From: Spizellomyces punctatus DAOM BR117
Taxonomy: Eukaryota
Length of the DNA: 28,490 bases
Direction: 5' to 3' (one strand)
Assembly (NCBI GenBank): GCA_000182565.2
Contig: KQ257474.1
The notes below the pieces were generated by a model, which made no database searches, had not been told where the DNA came from, and was given only the letters and a program-made list of their open reading frames with translations. How positions within the stretch are numbered: the first letter of the stretch is position 1; each line of letters opens with the position of its first letter. Below are positions 1-8,079 of this stretch, piece after piece. Made by a program: the position numbers and the translations under genes.

Positions 1-2
1 TT

Positions 3-761
3 CCCGATCCGATCAGAAAGCAAATTGTCGAGAATCCGTCATTGGGACACACTCTTCATTCTGCTTGGAAGCGTGGTGACGATCCCACTCCAAGGCTTTT
101 ATCAGATGGCCATCAGATGCCAGACAGTAGAGTGACGCTTTTGAACGAAGCGGTGCCTTTCATGCCAGACTGCGACGATCCACACGAAACGATGGAAGTG
201 TCTCGAGGACCATCAATTGGCTCTGATCGAAGCAACGCTCCAAGTAACTTGAGTGTGCTTGTGCAACCCCAGATGCTGCCTGTGAGGCACGAAGTCTTGG
301 AGATATCTGCGGTTCCACAACCATCAGCTGTACCCCACCATCCTATAGACGTCAAAACGTCTATTGAGGCGATGCCACTTGGCGATGGACCTGCCAACCG
401 AAAGGCCGCGTTGCGGCAAAGCCGTGCGTCCTCAAGCACCCTGATGGGATCCGGGAAGCAAGGAGATGACATTTCTACGGCAAGCTCAATCTATCCCCAC
501 AGCCGCCAGAGTACATCATCAGCGCGAACTTGGGCAAGCGACCGAAGTACAATGGTGAACTCTTCGGAAGACGACGCCGATGATGATCTTACGTCATCGA
601 CGCGACACAGTGGAAACAATCAGCAACAGATTCAAAAACCTACGACGGGACCAACGACAGGCGATGACTTTAAGATTGACGCACAAAAGCACACCTTAAG
701 TCGCACTGCGACTGATGGTACACTGAACATTACGGAATTGAACAGTATTGGGGCAAATTAG
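3..761 (+). CDS. 3' end of a gene of unknown function (Ser/Thr/Asp-rich low-complexity C-terminus); 5' end outside the window
   Basis: The frame is open from the window edge to TAG at 759-761 and is followed by an AT-rich 3'UTR-like tract. No recognisable domain. Confidence 0.6.
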   Translation, partial: PDPIRKQIVENPSLGHTLHSAWKRGDDPTPRLLSDGHQMPDSRVTLLNEAVPFMPDCDDPHETMEVSRGPSIGSDRSNAPSNLSVLVQPQMLPVRHEVLEISAVPQPSAVPHHPIDVKTSIEAMPLGDGPANRKAALRQSRASSSTLMGSGKQGDDISTASSIYPHSRQSTSSARTWASDRSTMVNSSEDDADDDLTSSTRHSGNNQQQIQKPTTGPTTGDDFKIDAQKHTLSRTATDGTLNITELNSIGAN

Positions 762-1003
762 ATTACGAACTTAATTGGTAGTGAGGACAGTCTGGCTACG
801 AAGTTGTATTTAACAGGATATAGATGCCAGTTTTCAGAGAAGGCGAATTTAAGTAGTAATGAGGAAAGTATGGTTAAGTAATTGTATTTAATGCTATATA
901 GGCGAAAGCTTAGAGACAAGGGGAATGTATGTAAGGAAGCGCATCGCACTTATTTTTGCATGTATTAGGTATTATATAGATAACTCAATCACATCTGTCC
1001 CGT

Positions 1004-2023
1004 TCAAAACCATTCATTTCCACCCAAGTGCCATACGCTAATCTTGGATGCACCAGCCATGTGAGCCGCTTGTACTTTTTCTCTCAAGCTTACATTATCC
1101 GAAATCACCCATTTGTCGCCTTGGGCATCATCAACCATGATCTCTGCAGATGTTGCCTCGCGCCGATTCGGATCATAAACGCCTAATGCTTTAGCGACCT
1201 CCAGCGTTGTCAGCGTTACGGTTCCATTATGTTTGTTAACTCGATAGCTATAGGATGGAAGCCCAATCACAAGGCGGCCCGTAGATATACCCAGCGAAAG
1301 AAGATATTGTGTCCAGACATGTATCCATTTGAGGGGCGCAATGGGTGCCCCGACTTCGTCAAGCCATTGGTAGTCATAGCACATGGGCGTAATGTAGTCA
1401 ACGGGGAGGTTTATGAAGTCTTCATAACGCCAACGGTAGTTTTGATTGGAGGGGTCATAATCCGTAGGCCCACAAACGCTCAATTTTCGATTGTGCGATT
1501 GCAAAAGCATACCCAGATCACTGACGAGGGATTTGTAATTCGCATAGTCTGCATCTGACCATTTACTGAATGCCTCCAAATCGAGATCAATTCCGGTCAA
1601 TCCATACTCATTGCAAAAGTCCACCAAAGTCAAAATAAAAGCATTTCGCTTTTCAATGTCCGTGTACACTGCACGAAATGCGTCCAGCTGGCATGATACA
1701 GTCACCAATTGCTCATCAGAGTGCGCTTTGATGTCGGCAACGTTGGTCAGACTGAATCCGTTCTTTGTGTCAAAAAGGTCATCGGGATCCTCTTTATCCA
1801 GCTTAAGAATTCCGTTTGGTTGTAGTGTAAAGTATTGCGGGCGCAGGACATGGATGCGAACGGAGCGATAAGTGTCCGGGGCATTGAGAGCTGGGCTACC
1901 TGGGTAAATCCAGGCGTGGAGTTGCATGTTGAGCGGAACCTGAGTTGCTCCTAACGTGGGTAATAGCACGAAAGCAAGCTTGGCAAATGTGGCAAACTTT
2001 TTCAGGCAAAGTCGTAGTCCCAT
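1004..2023 (-). CDS. Secreted glycoside hydrolase family 18 (chitinase-like) protein, intronless, ~339 aa
   Basis: Catalytic DxDxE motif (GIDLDLE), MCYDY motif, LVIGLPSY strand and C-terminal ISVWHLG typical of GH18 barrels. ATG at 2023 gives a signal-peptide-like start (MGLRLCLKKFATFAKLAFVLLPTLGA). Confidence 0.88.
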   Translation of the reverse strand: MGLRLCLKKFATFAKLAFVLLPTLGATQVPLNMQLHAWIYPGSPALNAPDTYRSVRIHVLRPQYFTLQPNGILKLDKEDPDDLFDTKNGFSLTNVADIKAHSDEQLVTVSCQLDAFRAVYTDIEKRNAFILTLVDFCNEYGLTGIDLDLEAFSKWSDADYANYKSLVSDLGMLLQSHNRKLSVCGPTDYDPSNQNYRWRYEDFINLPVDYITPMCYDYQWLDEVGAPIAPLKWIHVWTQYLLSLGISTGRLVIGLPSYSYRVNKHNGTVTLTTLEVAKALGVYDPNRREATSAEIMVDDAQGDKWVISDNVSLREKVQAAHMAGASKISVWHLGGNEWF

Positions 2024-2534
2024 TCCAGGATCTGACTTGTGCTGGGCATTGAAAAAATTAACGAAAATCCACAGCACATCATCAATTCTGTTATCACCCG
2101 GGCCTGGAACATTATGTGGCTTGGAACGCATAACGTTGGCAAGGTTCAAAAGGGCTGGCAAAGTGATCGGGGAGAAACAAAATGCACTCGTACCAATTTT
2201 CGGCTGGTTGAGATGATTCGGATGACTCGTAATGCTAAAGCGTTGCAAAGATGCACCTTGTTTTTTCAGAGAATTGCCGGACTGCAAAAGACGTAGTCTT
2301 GCTCATGCAGTATGTGCAATCGATATTCCACACATGGAGGATGACATACTCGTGCGACCCTGCTCTTGCAGACCCCAAAGTGACGAGAATTCTAGCATCA
2401 TTTGGTATGTTGTTCTCGCCGCACCTTTAGTATGTCCAATGTCCTCGAACTGTTTGTGACCTTACTTTAACATTCAAGCACACCTGCCATTGCTGAGGTC
2501 GATGTAGACTTCGCCTGTTCCCAATGTTTCTGTC

Positions 2535-4180
2535 TTGAAAATGTATCTCGATATTCGACTGTCGTCCACAGACATTGAAAAGTTCCTTGTCAGGAAAGGA
2601 TTTGGGGCGCCTATTATCCGGACCTTCCATGGTTCATCAGAGGGAAGAGGTGCCGCTGACTGCTCAATCTCGTCATTAAGCCTGGCAATCGCAACTTCTT
2701 GCGTAGATCATAGGGCTGTTATTAAAATTCCTTCTGATTGGTCATTCAGTAAGATGTAGCGGAGACAAGTTTTTTTTTTTTTTGATAGTTAAGAAACAGG
2801 AGCTTGCTGCTGTGTTCAGCTTGTCAATGCCTGCAGGCAATCTAACCCATGTCCACCGTTTATGGCCCTGGTAGTTGAGGCTTGAAACCATTGGTTACCT
2901 TATTGTTTACACAAATGCTAACGTTAGGTCCAGAGAATAACATTCTTGAAGTCTAGCTCTGCCCTCTCACGCGCCCGGATGATATATCTGTGGGTACAGA
3001 ACAGCGAACATCGGAATGCACACATTGATAAATCAACCATCCGTCTCATCGGGCTGGTAGGGCTGAACCTTTTCACACGGCAACGTAGCAGTATGCATAA
3101 AGCAGCTTTCCTTGCTCCTTGCAATTTGTGCAAAATGCAACGCTCGCTGGTGGCAGCATCGTTCGGACGACTCTCTTTCGCGGCAAGATGTGACAACATT
3201 AAAGAGTTTTAAAGGACTCAAGCCTACCCGTGACAATCAACGCCAGTTCACGACCTGAGGTTGGACTTCTTGTTCCATGGCCGCGAAAAGGTGGATGGCA
3301 ATTGTCGTTTGGCTAAGGTACAAGATGGATCTATTCAAGATTTCCATGAGGAGGTACTACCCGGCGAGCGTAAGCATATCGGAAGATGGAGAGATATGTT
3401 GCCTAAGTCGTCAACCCCAAATCTCTTTCATTTTGAGGAAGGCGTCCTCAGGTCGACTCTGACCATTTTGGATGTACAAAGTATGCACTGTCGGTAACAA
3501 GTTCCTTTCAATTTACTGATCATACATGAGATGCGTGGTCGATACCGCCCGCTCGAGGATGCTCACTACTATCAATCACGTCCCAGATATCGGGGAGATT
3601 CGTTAGAAATTGGCTGCTGTAATAATGGACAATTATAGACTTTTACAGTATCCCCCTATTAACGTACCAGGAACGAGGACGAAAGCATATCTTGGAAACT
3701 TGTCGCTGCAGCCGGTTCCTCGTTCAATCCGGACGGTCTCTCTGTTACTTAGCTGTGCTTGCCACAATTGGAATATGGCTTCGCTTCGCAGAAACGTCCA
3801 ATGCGTCGTGGCATGTGACGGATTCGTCATGGATGCAAGTACTAGTGGTAGTTAAACATGAGCAGACTGGGAATGAAAGGAAACCTTTTGTTTTAACATG
3901 ATGGGAATCCGTTATGGTCAATGCCATCATTCTAACGGTTTCCACAAGTGCGTGCGATCAGGTTGATCTCTAGAATTCGTAAATGCCAGGACCTCTGCAT
4001 TCCCCATTGTTGTGGCTTTGGATGATGCCAGTACCTCAACACAATGCTCCCGCATAGACCTCTTTGATACCGCGTAGTGAGCCAACAAATCACGAACGTA
4101 ATCTGACTTTCAAGACTATGCTCGCATAGTCCTGCGGTTTCCACTTTGTACACATGCATGGATTCACGATGGAACACCAA
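2535..4180 (+). pseudogene. Possible decayed gene remnant with WD40-like fragments
   Basis: Only short ORFs in shifting frames. Fragments resemble beta-propeller blades (ITFLKSSSALSRARMIYLW, LAKVQDGSIQDF, ASVSISEDGEICC, SFNPDGLSV). Branch/acceptor GCTAACGTTAG at 2917-2927. No coherent spliced model could be built. Confidence 0.25.
2770..2783. repeat. T14 homopolymer
   Basis: Directly visible run of 14 T. Confidence 0.95.
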
Positions 4181-4399
4181 ATGAGCTCAGGGAGTTTATT
4201 CATATATTACAATGATAAAAGAACATCCTACAACATCGCATTTGCAAAATAAATATTTGCTTTACCGTGTCAACCTTTCCAAAGGAGAGCACCGATTTAA
4301 GATCGGAAGCAGCTGAGGCGGATCGAGGGTTCTTCTTAGCGGCTATTCGTGCAAAGGAAAGATAACTTTCTCTTAAGTTAAGCACAAAAGATCTGCCTT

Positions 4400-5085
4400 C
4401 ACAGCCGAGGAAGTCGTATTAGCTGATCGCGGTCGCCCTTGGACCAGGTAGCCGCCGAGAAGTCGAAACCAAGTAATAAAAGGGAAAAGAAAATCGATCA
4501 GTACCTGTCCAGGAGCATGAAGCGTACCGTCTCAAAAACAGATCAATACGAGGTGCCGCGACTGGGGCACCTGGCGGTCATGAATCGGCACGCGATACAA
4601 GACCCCTGGCTTTCATCATGAATTGGTCCCCCTGGCCCTCTCCAGACGTCACACTTGGTACCCGCAAGGATGTGTGGTTCCTCCACAAACAAGGGGAGCG
4701 TAACTAATAGCCGCTAAAAAGCGAAAGAAACAGAGTGTACCACACGGGCGCGCAAGACCATTAACCCCGCCTCACTAGTCGGATGCCATCAGCCTCAACC
4801 CAAAAGCACAAAGGGCGAACGTTGTTCCCTCCACAATGTCTCAACTCCACAAAGGGAGTTCCACTTCGACAGGTCGCCGGGTTCTGAAATGAGCTGACCA
4901 AATCACTCACGAGTACGCGACAGCGCTCGGTTTTCAAACCCGGAGTTTGGCGACAGTGGAGAGTTTATAGCACCTCACACAGCACATAGCCAGACCATGT
5001 ACTCAACTTAACATAAGAAGTCCACAGCGGAGGTGAGACATGAATGAACAGCTGATAGTCATCGCAGAGAAAGATGAAGTGAAGA
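4400..5085. ncRNA. Candidate structured non-coding RNA (long 5' leader or divergent transcript); strand unresolved
   Basis: No convincing ORF. Many stems, including a nested hairpin at 4860-4960, AGGTGCC/GGCACCT at 4551-4572, AACTCC/GGAGTT at 4843-4860, TGGACCAGGTA/TACCTGTCCA at 4440-4511 and ccGCAAgg at 4662-4669. Confidence 0.35.
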
Positions 5086-5275
5086 GAGGTTTGGAACGCG
5101 GCTGCCGAGCGGTTTTTATATTGCTCTGCACTGCGCCACTCCCCTGACTCTCAACTTCTGGTGTAGTGGCACAGTCATACTAAGCCGCTCTATAACCATA
5201 TATGTGTAAATCAAAAACAGAGTGCTTGTCCGAATAAAATCGGACAACACAACGAGCTCACTTCATCACTTCATC
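5073..5275. promoter_or_regulatory. Putative bidirectional core promoter
   Basis: Minus strand: TATAAAAA (5120-5113) then initiator-like TCACTTCATC (5082-5073). Plus strand: AATAAAA (5233-5239) then two overlapping TCACTTCATC (5258-5267, 5266-5275) ahead of ATG 5307. Confidence 0.45.
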
Positions 5276-5306
5276 GCACCACGCAACTTCAACCCACCTA
5301 TCCTCA

Positions 5307-7118
5307 ATGACACCAAACGTGCGGCCCGCGTCACCGGCGGCGCCGAGCTCCGATCCCGCCGGTGCTGCTGGGGAGTCGCGAGGCACTAAACGCAGCCAAA
5401 GTGATGTGGACGGTGAAACAAAGAAGCGAAAGGTCACCTTAAGAAATGGTTTTGTTAAGATATCTGACAAGACCAGGCAGGAGCTAAGCGTGCCTAACTA
5501 CTGGGCAAATACGAAATTGATCGACTGGTCAGTCTTAGGATTCGCAGGGAATTGTGTTGCCAGTCACGATTGCGTGGAATGGACACTTGATAACATTAAG
5601 GAAGAGATATTGCATGACATCACTGTGTTGAAAGGAGTACTCACGCTCGTTAAAGCCGTAAGGATTTTAAGAGCCATGGAGAAGAAAGTTCGTGGAGAAA
5701 CCGAGGATCTCGCAGTTAGGGTATTTTGTAACGCTGTGAATAAGGCCCGATACCAGGAAATTGCTGCCGCACAGTTTGCCTCGAAAGTCAGTGGAGTTAT
5801 TGGTGCTAAGTCCATTATGTACACGGAGGCGGCTGGTATCGTCTGTGCGGATCTCCAACCAGCCGGACGACCAGAGATTGATGAGGATTCCGTCAATGAG
5901 GATAACGACACCGCCAATGACCACGATCAAGGCACCCCACGTCCGAATCTCAACACCTTCGAGCCCCTCAATCAGCACAGATCCGCCGATATGGTGTGTG
6001 CGCCGACTGAGGGGCATAGAGCGGATGACCTATTGGCAGCCCTGGTACCTGAAGCCAATTTGAGTAGCCAACCATCACTCTTCCAGAGGTTGAAAGACGC
6101 TTTTGAGCAGTACAAGAGTCAAGTTGCCGATGATTTTACAGTAGAGAACATATGCGATGTCAGAAGGCGGTCACCGTTCTTGCTCGCGGGATATGTGGAT
6201 GAGGCAGATTATCAGGAGCTTCTGGATATGGAGATAAAACCGATGGAAGATTTGTTGAAGCCGTCGATTGAAGCCGTGGTTGACAAGTTTTTCAATCAGG
6301 ATTTTGATGCGAAAAACTGGCGTCGGAGGCGTGAGAAGCTGCTGGATGTCATGGACGATGACATTGACGCAAAAAAGATGCGACATGTCCTGTATGAAGT
6401 CACACCGGCATATTTTGAAGCAATTTTTTCCGACCGCAACATTCTTCTGGAAAAGTCGTATGAAGAGGCGCCATATGCTCTGAAATTTGTTCATCCGCTG
6501 CTCCGCCACATTATCCGAGATTTTTCCAGTTTGCAATATGAGGGCGGTGATGTCGCTCTGATAAGTGTGCGGGAAAGGAAACGTCGTGAAGATCAAGATG
6601 GAACGGGAGAGCGAGCTGACGGTGTAGTTTACTCTTCAACGGGACGTGAACTCGCATCAGTGGAGATTAGCAAACCCTACCCTCCTCAGCAAAAGTTTGT
6701 GGACGACCTCGGCCAATTGGGACGAACAAGCAAGGATATAATCAACAATATGATCGTGCAGAACGTTTTGAACGATGAACACATACCGTCAGATCTTAAA
6801 GCCTACGAATGCCAAGTATACAACCACCGCCTTTCCCTTTCGTACATGAAGCTGGTGCATTCAGTTTACTTCAAAGTTGAATACGACAGAGAAGCACTCC
6901 CACGGACCGCCAAAGATCTTCCCAACCTCAGCAAAATTGTGAAGATGATCTTCTGTTGGGTTCAATCTATGGCCCAGTACTCGGAACTCTGTGAAAATCA
7001 GAGGACAAAGAGTCGTCGTCTCAGCAGCCTTCGAAACATGCGTAGCGCATACGAGCTCGCCGAAAACAGACCCAGATCGACTCGAAAGAAGACTTACATG
7101 GTGCTGAACAAATTCTAG
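5307..7118 (+). CDS. Intronless 603-aa protein with C-terminal PD-(D/E)XK restriction-endonuclease-like domain (Crinkler REase-type) and NLS-like motifs
   Basis: Long clean ORF. Motif string E..Y...FVHPLL ... GERADGVVY ... ELASVEISK ... KFVDD..QLGR.SKD resembles fungal REase-fold proteins. Basic clusters KRSQSDVDGETKKRK (N-terminal) and RPRSTRKK (C-terminal). Confidence 0.7.
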   Translation: MTPNVRPASPAAPSSDPAGAAGESRGTKRSQSDVDGETKKRKVTLRNGFVKISDKTRQELSVPNYWANTKLIDWSVLGFAGNCVASHDCVEWTLDNIKEEILHDITVLKGVLTLVKAVRILRAMEKKVRGETEDLAVRVFCNAVNKARYQEIAAAQFASKVSGVIGAKSIMYTEAAGIVCADLQPAGRPEIDEDSVNEDNDTANDHDQGTPRPNLNTFEPLNQHRSADMVCAPTEGHRADDLLAALVPEANLSSQPSLFQRLKDAFEQYKSQVADDFTVENICDVRRRSPFLLAGYVDEADYQELLDMEIKPMEDLLKPSIEAVVDKFFNQDFDAKNWRRRREKLLDVMDDDIDAKKMRHVLYEVTPAYFEAIFSDRNILLEKSYEEAPYALKFVHPLLRHIIRDFSSLQYEGGDVALISVRERKRREDQDGTGERADGVVYSSTGRELASVEISKPYPPQQKFVDDLGQLGRTSKDIINNMIVQNVLNDEHIPSDLKAYECQVYNHRLSLSYMKLVHSVYFKVEYDREALPRTAKDLPNLSKIVKMIFCWVQSMAQYSELCENQRTKSRRLSSLRNMRSAYELAENRPRSTRKKTYMVLNKF

Positions 7119-7132
7119 GAGGGACGTCAGGC

Positions 7133-7191
7133 GGGTGCCGGCGGAAGCATCGACTCTTCGGACTGAGGAGGTCGACGCCTCTGCCGGCCCC
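7133..7191 (+). other. GC-rich imperfect hairpin in the 3'UTR of the nuclease gene
   Basis: GCCGGCGGAAGCATCGAC (7137-7154) pairs with GTCGACGCCTCTGCCGGC (7171-7188), with one G-U and two A-C positions. c(UUCG)g at 7156-7161. Confidence 0.7.
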
Positions 7192-7575
7192 AATTGATGA
7201 GAATTCTGGAGTAGCGGGATTGCCGGACGGTGAGATGGGGTATTTGATTCTGTGGGACTTGAATTTGGATAATGAAATGAAAAAGGATAAGTGTGGTGCG
7301 TGGCGTTTGCGATGTGATCCTATTGGGCAAGTGACCGAATTATTGGAGTTAACTTTGTATGTGAAACTATTGGGAATGCGGTGTGCGAAAATATACCCTG
7401 TATTATTCATTGTTCTTGTTTTTGTATAAGAAAAGATTTGTTTTTGCTTTTGTTGATTTCATTGTAAAAGCGAGGGGCATTTCCGACTCTTTGACATGCA
7501 TCATGGTCATGTCTGCGGTCATGTGGTTTGCAGGGCACGCTGAGTACTGACTGTACTGTATGTTACATACTTGCA

Positions 7576-7966
7576 TCCCCACTATAGCGGACTGGCGTGA
7601 TCCCACATGACCAAACGCATCGATAAACGATTTAACATTGAACACGACGCGCTATGTCCAAGTTCATCATCGACCCTGTTTTCCTCTACTTTTCAACATA
7701 TCATAAACTAAATTAACATGCTTTAAAAATGTAGAAAAACAGTGGTATGTGGTATTTTCTATGCATCGGATAATCATTTCTGTATATGTAGTCTGCTACA
7801 TACCCAGCAGTATTTGTGAAAATAGTCTAAAGGAAATCGGTCCAAGTGTCGGCCGTGTCCAATTGAGGGCATGTGGAGCTGTGGAGCGCCGTTTCGTTAA
7901 ACCCCTCAAAATACTGTGTGTCATAACTTGGTCAGTCCACTTCACGCCAGTCCACTATAGTGGGGA
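7576..7966. mobile_element. MITE-like non-autonomous DNA transposon (~390 bp)
   Basis: TIRs TCCCCACTATAGCGGACTGGCGTGA (7576-7600) and TCACGCCAGTCCACTATAGTGGGGA (7942-7966) match 24/25. A further TGACCAA/TTGGTCA match (7608-7614, 7928-7934) lies at identical spacing. AT-rich interior. Confidence 0.8.
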
Positions 7967-8079
7967 GTACCCTTGCAGTTATCTTTCACGTGCATTGGTG
8001 ATCGGCGCGCTGTCAGCCGTGCTGCGGTCCAGCTCGCGTTTGGTGTCGTTTTGGATGCCCATCCAACTCGCTAAGGAGC

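Noticed and set aside
2300..2460. Integrase H2C2 zinc-finger remnant on the minus strand (HKQFEDIGH...CTYC)
   Set aside because: The pieces lie in different frames and no integrase core follows.
4498..4619. Minus-strand C/D box snoRNA (ATGATGA ... CTGA)
   Set aside because: Weak terminal stem and no rRNA-complementary guide that I can recognise. The boxes could occur by chance.
4400..5300. Telomerase RNA, RNase P/MRP, SRP RNA or group I intron
   Set aside because: No CTAACCCT-type template, conserved-region motifs, SRP helix 8 or ordered P7 elements were found.
5307..7191. Fanzor/TnpB with a 3' omega-RNA, or a DDE transposase
   Set aside because: No split RuvC motifs, no CxxC zinc ribbon and no recognisable DDE pattern. 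No TIRs enclosing the ORF were found by eye.
7133..7191. Hammerhead (CTGAGGA at 7163-7169) or HDV-like ribozyme (minus strand GGCCGGC...CCTCCTC)
   Set aside because: No GAAA after a stem II and no correctly placed NUH site. The HDV P1-P3 nested order is not satisfied.
7517..7612. GGTCATGTGG/CCACATGACC 10-bp inverted repeat as a separate element
   Set aside because: Short, overlaps the MITE left TIR and has no TSD.
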